This document shows, piece after piece, positions 36,323-49,454 of a stretch of DNA of 64,000 nt (positions are counted from its first letter, which is position 1; every line of letters starts with the position of its first letter). Origin of the DNA: Centroscyllium fabricii. Its lineage: Eukaryota. The stretch covers positions 82,336,001 to 82,400,000 of the forward strand of contig JBNRSN020000005.1 in the NCBI GenBank assembly GCA_051313645.2, written 5' to 3'. The notes below the pieces were generated by a model, which searched no databases, had not been told where the DNA came from, and saw only the letters and a program-made list of their open reading frames with translations. The translations under genes and the position numbers were made by a program.

Positions 36323-36592
36323 TGTGGTAAACCTGTAATACTGTTTTCCCACTGATATACTGTGCTGTATATAGTTACCTCTTGGTTGCCTCTTGTCCCA
36401 CCTATATCTACCTGGGATGTCTGTCGGCTCCGCCTCCAGGCTCCACCCACAGGCTCTGGTATAAAGGTGGCAGCCCTGCTGACCTCGTGGCATTCCAGGA
36501 CCAGATTGTGATAAGACCTGTACTCCAGTTCTTTGTTAATAAAAGCCTTAATTACCTAACTCTACCGGTTAGCTGTAATTGATCGTGCATCA
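36323..36592 (+). mobile_element. Solo LTR (270 bp)
   Basis: TG...CA termini, 5-bp TSD AATAT (36318-36322 and 36593-36597), internal TATAAA (~36460) followed by AATAAA (~36538). Confidence 0.85.
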
Positions 36593-37219
36593 AATATCAA
36601 AAGGTTAGATTCCATTTTCATCAAGTTCGAGAAAAGAAAAATAAGCCGAGAGATTACTGCTGTGCAAAAGGCAAATGACGCGATGAATGAATGCACAGAA
36701 AACGTGAAATTGTACTGTTTTCTTCATATGCAGTAAATTCTTGGCTGACTCTCCACCACCTTTTTAAAAAGAAAGTAAAATGAAGTTGCATTTATAGAAA
36801 TTGTGATGCTTCTAGTTTATGTAATTGAACATGACTACACTCTACAAACTGGCAGTTATCATGGATAAAGACTTGTGAACTTTATTGTAAGTGATGGGTA
36901 ACACATCGACCATTTGATATCTTTCGATCAACTGAAGGATGTTGCATAATTGAGATACAGCAAAAATGGAGTAGGAGGGATACTTAGTGAAAAGGGAAAA
37001 GAGAGAAATGTATTCGGATTCATCAAATTTTATAAACAATGGCATTTTACAACAGCCACTTAATCTAATCGGGCTGGTTTACATTTGTTTTTGTGAGGAG
37101 GTGGAATAGAAATGTTGTAAGCTATGTTTCTATTTGATATTCTTTATAGTCTGCTCCATTAAAGTTTGTGCTGCAGTATCACAAGTTTTTTATACAGTAA
37201 CTTATTAGCATGGATAATA

Positions 37220-37688
37220 CAGGTTGAACACCGTTAATCCGGCACGGGTGGGACCAGACCCGCGCCGGTATAGTGAAAAAGCCAGAAGGATGAAGCCGTC
37301 CAGTGCGCATGCACACACCATTCAAAATGGCCACGCGCATGCGCAGAACATTGGAAATGGCCGCCGTGAAATTTTGAATGATGTGCGCATGCGCCACCAA
37401 ACGGCGAGTGCATAACGAAGATCATGCAAAATGGCCGCCGCAAAGTTTTGAACGATCTGCGTATGCGCCGCCGGATGGCGAGCGCATGCGCAGATCATTC
37501 AAAATGGCCACCGGAAGTTTCGAATGGTCTGCGCATGAGCTCGCCGTTCGGCGGCGCATGCGCGGATCATTCACCGAAGCAGCAATTGCGGCGGCCATTT
37601 TGTACATGCGTAGGGCAGTCGGGGCAATTTATGCCGGATGACCGAAGTTGCCGGCTTTTCGGTTACCGGATTAACGATCTTCAACCTG
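37220..37688. mobile_element. Tigger/pogo-like MITE with CpG-rich repetitive interior
   Basis: TA|CAGGTTGAACACCGTTAATCCGG...CCGGATTAACGATCTTCAACCTG|TA. Confidence 0.88.
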
Positions 37689-40301
37689 TACTTGTTTATG
37701 TCACTGGGCTGTTTGACTGTGTTTAATCAGAAGTGAAATTAACACCACAGCCATGATACCAGTTAGGAGCCCAACATTACAAAATGTTTTAAGAATTGAT
37801 GATCTCTGGCATGCTGCAGAACTTGACAGCAAATATACAGACTGCTGTGGAGGACTAATCTTACAGAATATTAGGGCAAAATATCTGCATAAAAGAACTT
37901 AAAGACTCTTTGTACTATTTTTAATTAAATTTGAAAAGAAATAAAATTAAACTAGAAATCTGAAAATGGATTGAAGAAAGTTGATGATTATTGTCACATA
38001 ATTGCATCCATTCTCGATGCACAGAATATACATCATAGATCTCCAACTGGCAACACACCAAGATTGCAGAATTCTTGTCTTGTCCTTTTTGTAAGATTCC
38101 TTCAGTCTGCACTTGACCCTTATTAATTTATCCCTTTCAGACAATGTGTTCAGCTCCATTAGAGCAAATGTAGTTTGCTTTATTGTTGTATTTCAAGAGC
38201 CATTGCCTTGCCAGGAGAGTAAAGGACTGCAGTATGCTATTAAGAGGATTGCGTGGCATTATGTCAAACTCTGATGAGTAGTTGCAGTGTGAAACTCCCA
38301 GTTTTCCTCTTTCTTCTTCTTACTGTAATACATGTAGTTTTCCAATTTTACCTCTGAATTCCAACAGATCCCTTGCTCCCTTGTTTATTAATAGAATATT
38401 CTATTTTCTGCCCTTTGTAGTAATTCACAATCTATGTGGAGGGAATTGTTAAAATTTATATACACAATTTAAAAAGCAAATAAGTAAATTTCTAGAACAG
38501 CACATAGTCCTTTTTGTTCCCCATTCTCATCGTCTGACATTCATTTCATCTACACTCAGGATTTTAATCCTTACCTAGAAATCTCAGATACAGCTGTTTC
38601 CAAAGTAAAAAGCGTTCTCTCCTCACCACTATGCCTTAATGCAATGATGATATGTTTGCTCCAGCAGTTGACAAGCCATTGTATCATTTAGATTCCATAA
38701 TGACACCTTGTCATACTGAAATGGCCATGTTTTCTCAAATCATACGTTATAGCGTTGATTCCTGACACAGTATCATCTAGATGTGCTTTTTTCCCCCGTT
38801 CCAAGTTGAATGCAGTTTGGTCCATTTTCCCATTGACTGATCCATATTTTGGCACCTTGCGTGGAGAGTACAATTAGTTCAGGCAGAAAAGTGAATTTCA
38901 GTGTGTTCTTCAAAGCAGAAACGTTAACATTGTAACTGGATTCTTTCACTGGAGCACAAACGAATTACAGTGATTACTTTCAGAACTGCTGATCTAAATT
39001 CAGAGAAGGTTGCTCCTTCAGTTTGTAGAATCTTTTCCGAGCAAGAAAAAAATTGCATCTGAATGAGATGGAAAAGGAAACTGATTCATAAGAATGTCTG
39101 CAAATGACATTCAGTTCGGATAAACTGACTTTATAGTTGTAAGCTGCCACAAGTCCAAAATGTGGTTTATTCTCTGATGAAAAGCAATGCTTTTCAAAGT
39201 CTATTTTAAACCTCACTATTCTGAAAATATTTTGCGCAAAGACTACATTTTTAATCTATATTTTTTTAAAGTATTGTGTTGAAGCTAATTACTATCCTGT
39301 ATCCAGGAAAGACCAGTTAAGAAACCACATGATTCTAAAAAAGGTGCATCATTGTACAAGCAAGAAATTCCTGCATGCTAAATGGTGCTCACTGGTCTGT
39401 ATATGTATGGGAGGATCAAAAATGGAGTCAGTCATGTCCGTTTGCTATTATTTTCACAATAGAAATTATATTGAACAATTTGAAAATACAGTCCAAATAT
39501 AATGGCTGCCCATTATTTGTTAGGCATTGTTTGCATGCAGGAATTATGGATTTGCAAGCCTAAAAATATTCAAACAATTTTAACAATTTAATAGAATGGT
39601 CATCTAGTTTAATAGGACCATCCAGTTTAACAAGTACACTGGCCATATTTTGGTGACCGCATTGACTTGCCTTTAGATGGATTTGATATAAGGAAAAAAG
39701 GGAGAACTTTTTCTTCCATTAGTCTGCCTCACAATGGGTCATAGTCGGCATCATAGGGTTCTGTGTGACCATAGGAGACACTGAAGTGCAAAGAGCTGAG
39801 TGATGCCATTTTCTCTTCTTCATAGCCCAGCAAAGAAGTAACAAAACTCACTCGGCTGAAGCAGGAGTATTCAGGTCCAAGCACTGACCATCACTCCAGC
39901 TAATGACCTACAGGTCAAAGGGCAAATGCTGTCTTGCTTGAGCCCGTAGACTGTCCTCCAAAAATAAAGCCCATCAATAAACTGCTACAGTCACAAAATG
40001 TTGTTCTTATTGCTCCAAAATTGATGAAGAAAACAGAGTGCTGCTAAGGCCACTGAAGAGTCAATTTGAAGTCTCACAGAACCTGCAATACTGTATATAT
40101 GTTAAAAACTTTAGGATTTTCTGACTGAGATTAATCAAACTTTCAAGTTATAAAATAGGAAATCTGGAAAGTTTCAGGTGACAGTGGGAATAATGGACAG
40201 ATAACTGTGTTACATCTACTCATCAATGGAGTATGAGTGTAACTGGCAAGGGAATTAAGGAATTTATCTGAAGATGTATTTAACTTAGTTGGAGACATAA
40301 T

Positions 40302-41624
40302 GGGCTGGATTTTACCGACCGAGACAAGTTGGGGCAGGACTGCTGCCTTCCGTGTTCTAGTCCCGCCCCCCAGTGACATCCGACGCACAGACACTATTTT
40401 CCCCTGATTGACCTTGTTAAGCCTGCCCTGCGGGCTTGCTGGCCAATTAAGGAAAAGCCAGTGTCAGATGATGGCAGTTGATGTTGCTTCATTTGCTGGT
40501 TTTCTTAAAGGGACATGTACCATTTATTTTTGACAGATGATCTGTCCGTGTTTGACAGCATTGAGGTGCTGTCAAACATTGGCAATCACTGTACAAAGGT
40601 GAGCCCCTGCACCCAGGCTCTCCAATGACGCTCTCCTTGGGATAAAACAGATGGCAGCTGCAGGTGGTATCACAGAAGCAATCTGTCACTTCTCCCAAAG
40701 AAGTGAGGCCACACAAACAGTTCAAAGCTTGTCACCTGTAGAAAAATCTAAATACATTACAAATGACTTTCCCAGCATCTCCTTACCTCTGATACTTATC
40801 AGTGTCCCATTTGGATCATTCACACCACTTCTGCAGCTGTCATCTATACACAAACATTACCACAGACCCACAGCATGCCTCACTTACCCTGGCAGAGTTC
40901 CCCGATGTCAGGAAGTCCACAGCAGAAGTCTCAAAATGGGAAAAAGCCTCTTAACTGCCTGTTATAATCCTCTTCCTGCCACTAGGAGTCGGGTCCCTGC
41001 ATAAATCGGGGACCCGATTCCCGGGAAGATTGTTTGAAGGCGGGTTGGGAATGGGTTCGGGACCCGCTTCCATTCTTTTTGATTTTTAAATTTGTTTTAT
41101 TCATTGATGGGATGTGGGCGTCGCTGGCTGGCTAGGCCTGCATTTAGTGCCCATCCCTAATTGCCCTTGAGAAGATGGCGGTGAGCCGCCTTCTTGAACC
41201 GCTGCAATCTTACTATTTTTCGTAGCGGTTGTTTACAACTGAGTGGCTTGCTAGGCCATTTCAGAGGGCATTAAGAGTCAACCACATTGCTGTGGGTCTG
41301 GAGTCACATGTAGGCCAGACCAGGTAAGGACGGCAGGTTTCCTTCCCTAAAGGATATTAGTGAACCAGATGGGTTTTTGCAACAATCGACAATGGTATCA
41401 TGGTCGCCATTACTAAGACTAACATTTAATTCCAAAATTAAATTGAATTGAATTGAATTTCCACCAGCTGTCGTGGTGGGATTTGAACCCATATCCACAG
41501 AGCATTTGATTGAGCCTCTGGCTTACTAGTCTAGTGACATAACCACTATGCCACTGCCTCCCCCTCCAACAGCCAGCAGTCCCGTCTCCAAACCCGCCTC
41601 CTCAGGGCTGGTAAAATCCAGCCC
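40302..41624. mobile_element. Family-B Harbinger-like MITE with nested SINE
   Basis: Perfect 15-bp TIR GGGCTGGATTTTACC / GGTAAAATCCAGCCC, with AAT on both flanks. Confidence 0.88.
41076..41562 (-). mobile_element. Family-S SINE copy 2
   Basis: Close reverse-complement match to 684-1162. Confidence 0.88.
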
Positions 41625-43244
41625 AATAGGTCGTCTACCTGGAGGTAGATACATTCTCATAGCAAGTGTAAGTAAGTGGGGAAACCCAGCAACTGAAGGA
41701 AATAACTGGTAACAAAAATACTTACACCTTGCTGTTACTTAACCAAATGCAGTTAACTAATAGTAAGGTAGAAGTAAGGCTGGAAACATACTAATCCTTT
41801 TTGATTGGTATGTTTCCTGCCTTATATCTTGCAATTAGCTAATTGCATTTGGTCATTCATTTAACGCGAGGACTGCAAAGGTTTTTTTTTATTTGTCTTC
41901 AACAGGTTATCAGTTGTCTTTCCCTATCTAATAGTGTGTTATACATTTCTCTTTGTTAGTATAGAAAAGGGTTAAAATGTCAAGCAGGTAATTGCTCTTT
42001 CTGTCCAGCTCTGTTTGGTATCAGAGGGACATTCTTTACCAGGCTGCACGAGTCAAGGACCTTGCCTGTAACAAATTTTCCTTGCAGCCAGTGCTGTTAA
42101 TGAGAGCAGTAATTAATTGATATCTCTCCCATCCCTTGACTACCACTCGGGGCAAAGAGTGGGGATTAAATTTTTCCCAAGTCAACATTAGAGAGAGCTG
42201 AATGTGCATTGACTTACAACAGCTCTGTGAATTCCTCTAATTTCGAGTACTTACTCTTCCACTTATTACATTGTAATTGCTGCTCTCCAATACATTATGT
42301 TCACAGACTTCAGTTGGAAATTATTGGTGCACTCTCCCTCTCTCCCCTTGAAATTTCACAGCACTATTAATGTGGGACTGGAACATGCACAACTATCTAT
42401 AAATTCAGTTGTCAGGTGCTAGTTTTTATTCTGGTCTGCAGTTGAATTTAAAATTAGAGGCACTAAAATTCACATTAGCAGCAAGAGCAATGGAATTCTA
42501 AAAACTATATTTAACAAAGAAAACCTTTTCTGTCAGAAAAAAGCTATTTGGGAGGTTATGATCTTATCCTTTTGTGGGTGAAGAATTGACTTCATTCCAT
42601 TTTGTGCAGTCAATGCAAAATTTGATGTCACTCAGCACTGAACGCAGAGATTTGGTTGTGTTTTTCAAATGGGGGTTAATTTGTGTCAATTGAAAAATTA
42701 TTAAAATCAACCTTTGGGGATTTTTGCCATTGTACTTTTTTTTGTTACAAGTTTTCTATTAGCATTTTGAGACAACTTGCATTTAAATCTTGAAGTGTTA
42801 ACTGCAGTAATTGCTTCAAATCTTGCTGTGCCTATTTTGCCCAACATATCTGTATTTTAAAAATCTTGTCAATCTTTTTAGCAATAAGCTAGAAAAGATT
42901 ATATTCAGATAATACATTTTTTTTAACGGTTGCGTAATGACGGTTAGAATTTGTTCCTGAGGAAGAATTTGAAAATGAGAAAAATTATCTTAGGGAGGGA
43001 AACAGTTTTGAGGATGATTTCCTTCCTTTCCCCCCCCCCCTCCTCCCCCCCCACGCCCCCCTCGCCCCACCTTTTAAGTTTTGTTTACCACCTGTCTCCA
43101 GCTTTGATAAACCTCTGTCATGCCCTTATGCTGATTATGTTCGTGTAGAACAACTTGTATTGACTAACAAATGAATGATGCCTGGTCCCTTGCCTATCAG
43201 AAAGGCCCTAAAGAATGTTGTTTTTAATTCAATGCTTTTCACAG

Positions 43245-43657
43245 GCTTCTCTGCAGAATGTCAGCCAAGGATCGACACATTGATTCGAGCTGCTCATCAT
43301 ACATTAAGACAGAGCCGTCCAGCCCTGCCTCGCTGACAGATAGTATCAATCACCACAGTCCAGGTGGCTCGTCGGACGCCAGTGGGAGCTACAGCTCCAC
43401 TATGAATGGACACCAGAATGGCCTGGACTCTCCCCCGCTCTACACCACGACTAGCCTGGGTAGCAACGGCAGCTCCCGCAAGCGGTACGACGACTGTTCG
43501 AGCACGATAGCCGAAGACTCGCAGACCAAGTGCGAGTACATGTTGAACTCCATGCCCAAAAGATTGTGTTTGGTCTGCGGTGACATAGCATCAGGATATC
43601 ATTATGGTGTTGCTTCCTGTGAGGCCTGCAAAGCATTCTTCAAGCGCACTATACAAG
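43245..43657 (+). CDS. ESRRG: ESRRG exon 2: AF-1 region with [12 protein letters not shown]/phospho motif, plus first C4 zinc finger ([30 protein letters not shown])
   Basis: Acceptor ttttcacAG at 43244 and donor G|GTAATG at 43658. The ORF-track protein [14 protein letters not shown]...[14 protein letters not shown] is nearly identical to ERR-gamma and has the ERR-type P-box EACKA. ATG 43258 is the short-isoform start. Confidence 0.98.
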
Positions 43658-46091
43658 GTAATGCCTCTTTCCTATTCTACCAAATACTCTTACAACTTTT
43701 TTTGTAATAAAGGCAAAAGCTACTCTATCAGGACACACATCTGACAAAGGCCCTATTATGTACTCTTAAGTTTCGACACTAATGGAGCAACTTTGCTTTA
43801 TTCAGCTTCTAATGAGTTAACCAATGACTCTAAATTAGCTGTGGTTATCACTCGACAAAATAAACCGATCAGCTAGTAAGTTGTCTGAAGAACAAGCACT
43901 TAAAAAAAAATCAAACTCCTTTTAAAAGACTTTCCACAGGTGATGTAAAGAGGCCAGCAACTGTATGCAGCAAACAATCTCAAACTGAACATTTCCTCAG
44001 GAATGCAGGAGATGTTCAGTCCTCTGTTTTTAGCAGGCACCAGCTGATTGTTTTCAATTGGATTCACACAGAATGAAAAATAACTTAAATTTCCGAAAAG
44101 TAGCTTTATCCAGTCACTACCTCCTGTATTTCTGGAAAAAAATGGAGATGTTTTTGAAGATAAATATTGACTGGACTTGTTCTTCATTGGCATTGTTCTT
44201 TTACTACTGTTTGTACATAAAGTCATTATTTATGGTATAACTAAAATTTGGCCAACTTTTTGTAGTTTAAATAAAAAAGCACACATTCTCCTTTTGTTTA
44301 TATGCTCAGGTTTCCACTAACTCAAGTATATACACTAATTTTAGATGAATAAAGATCTAAATTACAATGTAAATAACCTTTTTTGGTGGATCGTTGGAAT
44401 TTTTAAAGATGAAAATGAGCAGTTAATGGTGTGTACAGTAATTAATGACTAGTTAATGATGCATACAGTAATTAATGAAGGTAATGTGAGATTGAAACTT
44501 GAAAATAATCTTTGAAAAAATACTTCTAAAACAGTTTTTCTCACAAAAATGTAATTATTAACAATGATTACCTTCTCCATTTACGTGTTCGTTTGTGTAA
44601 CGTCTGTACAAAGCAGTCATATAAATTATGATGAGATAGAATGATCAAAAGAAAAAAAAATCAGTTAGATCAAACAGGACCTAGGCTTTGAATAGTTTAT
44701 GTATAGCTTGCATTATCTATAGAATATCAGTTCATTAGGAATCGAGTCATAATTCTTGTGACTTTTTTGGCATGAAGTATGATTCCTTATCTGAAATCAT
44801 GGTTACATTTAAGATGACAGGAATTTTCCATTCTTGCACAACATTCAGAGCTTCACTGAGTACTTGCAGTGCATGTGGTGGCATAATACACAACACAGAG
44901 CCATTGCAAACAAGCTTCTACTCTCCAGTAATACCTGAATCCATTAGATTACTGCATTTGTGGTAGCGCATCACCATTTAATTTCTAAGAGCATCTACAG
45001 CTAATTAGGTTATAATGGATTCAGTATTTGGTCACTGATTTTGTTTGTTGCTCAGCATTTCCTGCCTCATATGGCATCAATGGCTGCTGTGGTTAATGGT
45101 ACTGGCCTGTTAGATGCACAATCATTGCCCCATATGCTACATTATGCAGACCAATCGCTGTTTCCATTTATGTGGCTGTGAAGACACTTTTACAGCAAGT
45201 TACAGATTGCATCTTGCCATAAATGTTTCCATAAATGGACCCCAGTAGGTTTTCCTAATTTTTAATATCTTCAATTAAGCAAATATAGAAAAGAGGGAGA
45301 TCATTTTATTCTGAAAGAAAAAATAAAACTTCGGGACCATATGTCCGGTTTTCTGCTAGCAAAGTTAATGGTCCTCTCTGTTCTAATAAATATTAATACA
45401 TTTTTACGAATGTTATTCTTTCTTTGTATATGTAAACATTGTTAGGAATTTCAAGCATTAGTTTTTTGTTCCTGAAGTAGAGATTGTACAATTTGTGTCT
45501 TCTGAATACAAGTTGAATTGTAACCTTTTCAGTTAAGCAGTTGTGCGAAAGGGATGTATGTGTGAATAGATTTCTTTCCCAGATCGGTTGTTTTACACAA
45601 GGTTTTGCATTGAGTGAGGAGTTTTCAGTATTTAGTCTCTTAGTGTTCCACTAATCTGTTATTTAATGAGGAAGCATCGGCTCAGAGAAGGGTAGTCAAT
45701 ATAAATCAGTGTTTACAAAGTGTGATTAACTCTGAAATATTTCATCAGAGCTGCTGTCCCAGGTGGATGCGGTGCTAATTACAGGGAGTTGCATATGTTT
45801 CTAGGGGAATGTGATGGACCCTGAGTGCTGCTAACATGAAGTATCAAGGTTACAATTACACTCACTGCCAACCTGCCTTGTCTGCACTAGCAATTTATGC
45901 ACTCTGTGCGATGACCCTCCTCTCCAGAGGACAATAAACAAAATGCATTTTCATTAAGACACTAATGTATTTAACCACAGAGGACCAGCGAAGGTTGGGG
46001 AGGAGGGTAGGGAGGAGAGCAAAGTGAGGGAGGAAGAGTTGGGACTGATTTAAGAAATCAGCAGATATCCAGCTCTGTGTTCTTAAAGTAG

Positions 46092-46289
<198 letters not shown>

Positions 46290-49200
46290 TAATCTCCAAA
46301 TGTTTCATTAAGCCTTTCCTTCTCCAGGCAATGCATTTCGTATTCCTAGAAAGGTAAGGAAAACCTTAAATAAAATGTCTTTTTTTTACAGTACAATGCA
46401 AGGTACAGTATGAATAAAGTCATATTTTATTGATCTATATTGTTTTTAGTAATTTTTATGGAACTGAAATGACACAGAAGCACACAAAATATTAATGCCA
46501 ATAAACATATTGTTGTCAAACCTGTATAGCTAAGTTAAATAAAACATACAAGTAAATTTTATATTTATTGTATTTTGGTATTTACGTAGCTGACTTTAGA
46601 AGTCCTAACAAACTTATTTCATAACATTCAATGTATTTAAATTGACTTATTTGAGAGCCACATTTTCTGACGTATTGATGCAAGTAATGTATTGTACATA
46701 AAATTCAAAAATATAAATAATTATGGTCATAGTCTACAGTGGATTCAGTAATTTTTGTCAAACTCTAGTTGACCATTTCAACAACAGAACTTTATGAAAA
46801 TCAAGTATTTGACTTTTTCTTCATGTTTCTCTAAGTAATGAAACCGAATCAATACAGACGCTCCTAATCAAACACTCTTCTTCCAACTACAAGGTGGAGA
46901 GTTCAATTTCCAAAGTTTTATTTCAACTTGCTTGTCAATTCCTAGCAGAGTTCACCAGAGCGAAGATTACATGAAAATGAGACATTCAATCTTGAGCTTG
47001 TGGGGGTGGGATGTTTTTGTGGTGAGAAGGAAGGGAACTGACTCAGTCTGGGTTCACCCACCTGAATCACACCTCTTTACCAACCATTCACAAAGCTGTG
47101 CTTGTCACAGCCACGTAGAAGTGCAACGACCCCACCTTTCCGAGTATCTGGGAATGCATGGTCTTGAACAGCCAACAAGCGACAGAAAATAGAAAGTGAT
47201 TGGGGAAGAAAATCTTTCAATAAAAAACACAATATTAAAATGAATAGTGTGTGGAAATCGGAAGGGCAATTGCTTCTAATGTTTATACAGGACTGGTAAA
47301 GCTGACTCCTCCAAGAGGAGCACTCACTCTACTTTGTAATTAAATGTTAATAGTAATGGCTCTTGAAAGAGAGAGAATCCCCTTTATCACCTTCTACTAG
47401 ACTGCATTTTAAAACCACCACAAATCAAATCCACATGACCTACCTTTTCAAATGTGGCCATCTTTCACAGAATAAATAAATAAGAAATTGAGCTAATCCA
47501 CTTCAGGTACCACATTGAACAGAAGAGATGGGTCATTTTACAACATAATTCAATTTATTAATGTATCCTGAAATGTTTAATGTCAAGAATTTGCAAAACA
47601 AAAATGTTGAGATATGCTGACACAGCTAAAGGAACACTGTCATTGTAATGTCATTGTTATACGGATTTCTTCACCAATGTTCTCTCCGTACTGCCACCAA
47701 AAGTGCACTTTAATGCAGCTGGTGCTAGTCCAATCTCAAAACTATCAACATCTGTAAGGCTAATTCCAAAACGGGGTCCTGTGAATTTTGCTTTACAGCA
47801 ACCACAGTTTAACTGCATTCACCACCAAGCCAGGTTTAATATAAAATTTACAACAATTTTCTGTTGATTTATATTCACTTCTTTTCAACCAGTAGAAAAT
47901 ATGATGTTAAATGCAGGAGATTGGTAACTTGCATTCATCAAAACTTTGCAACTCCCCCCCCCCCCCCCTTCCTTTTCTTCTTACCCATCCCTGAATAAAA
48001 AGAAGTAATCAGGCAGTATAATTGGGTGCTTTTCACTTGCCCCATACACATATGGTGCCAGTACTGTACCAGCAAGGGCAGAATAATCCCAGTGGCATTG
48101 TCTTCAGAACTGTTACTGGTCTAATACAATATGTTCAATACACAATGTAGAATATCCTTTTTAAAAAAAACAAAAAAAACTTTTATGTAGTGGAATCAGA
48201 AATGCAGTATAGTAACACCTTTGGTATCTATTGTTTCTTCACATCTGCCAAGATGCACATCTGCTGTTACAGCAGCATCCCATTATGCAGGCCTGTTTTA
48301 AATGTTTTAACATTTGCTTATGTGCAAGAGTTTAGATGACAGCTCAGTAATTGATAAGGGAAGTTGGAGACAGGCCTGACGGATGTTGTGCTGGTTTTGA
48401 TATGGCATCTTTCCCCATGAGCCTTCAGACAAATAGCAGCCTTTTGTTCTACTCCCAACCACCCATATACACATATATCAATATGGCACTCCCATTTGTT
48501 GTGATGTGGCTGAATTTGATATCGGGGTCCTTCCTTACACTTGAATTACTGCTTCAAATAGGCAATTAGAGTGCCTACAATGGAAACCTTGAAAACTCTG
48601 TAGCCTAATGAAGCACAAATTTGAATGCTGAACATGAAGGTATTCGAAGTTGGTGTTGCCCTCTGGGAAGATGAGTGCCGTTTGGGAGCAATCATACTGC
48701 TAGGTTACTCCTCCCTATATTTTTATCTTTTTCCCCATATGAACTGCTTTTAGATTTAGGTTTTCTTCTACTGCAACATGGAAGAGAATCTTCATTATTC
48801 TGTCATGTTGATGCCAGCACGTGTTTTCGCAGCGGCTGCTCGTTCATTTGCCAGTGTTTGAATCTGCTGTTTGATTGAAGAACTGTTGTGTTCCTTTTTA
48901 ATATTTATCTACAGTTCCTTCTTCACCCCATCTGCTAGTGGAGAGTAGTTGTGGATCAGCTCGTCTGCAGGTACAGGTTTCACAAGAGGTAACTACAGCC
49001 TGGCTGCCAAAGCAAGCCCACTGAGAGCAGCTGTCTAGTCTCCCCCTCTTGCACTTTACCCTCCGTGGGCCCTCCGAATCTTCCTGGCTGGAGGCATAAA
49101 TCATCGTCTTGTCACTAGCTCTTGGTTTTTGTATTATGCAATGCCTAAATTCATATGGAGCTGCTGGAACATGAAGATAGATAATGACTAACATAAAAAG

Positions 49201-49454
49201 GTTTTTGCTTTTGCATTTTAACAATATTACTTTTTGTTTTGCAGTAAAACCTCCAGTAAGGTACAGTATTAGAATTACTGAAGCTAATTTAGGCAATATA
49301 TGTTCATTTACTAATTAGTACTCATCACCTATTAATACACCATTGTGATTCCAGACCACATTACTCAATGACTGTTAATGTAACTCTCTGCCCGTATAGT
49401 TGTTTGGTACAAGTTGGTATTTTTGAGAGAATTGATGCACATTGGACATTTTAG

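Noticed and set aside
37224-37726. Cluster of overlapping ORFs suggesting a GC-rich gene
   Set aside because: They lie within a TA-flanked MITE with stop-poor internal repeats.
38265-38310. CTGATGA...GAAAC hammerhead-like motif
   Set aside because: Stem II is poor and stem I cannot form in the required register.
38434-38480. ATG TGG AGG GAA (MWRE), like an alternative human ERR-gamma N-terminus recalled from memory
   Set aside because: Similarity stops after four residues; treated as chance.
39174-39200. CTGATGA followed by the hairpin tgaaaagca-a-tgcttttca
   Set aside because: No GAAA after the stem; a short chance palindrome.
43258-43707. 149-aa ORF as a complete single-exon gene
   Set aside because: Homology ends at the donor at 43658 and continues in exon 3 at 46147.
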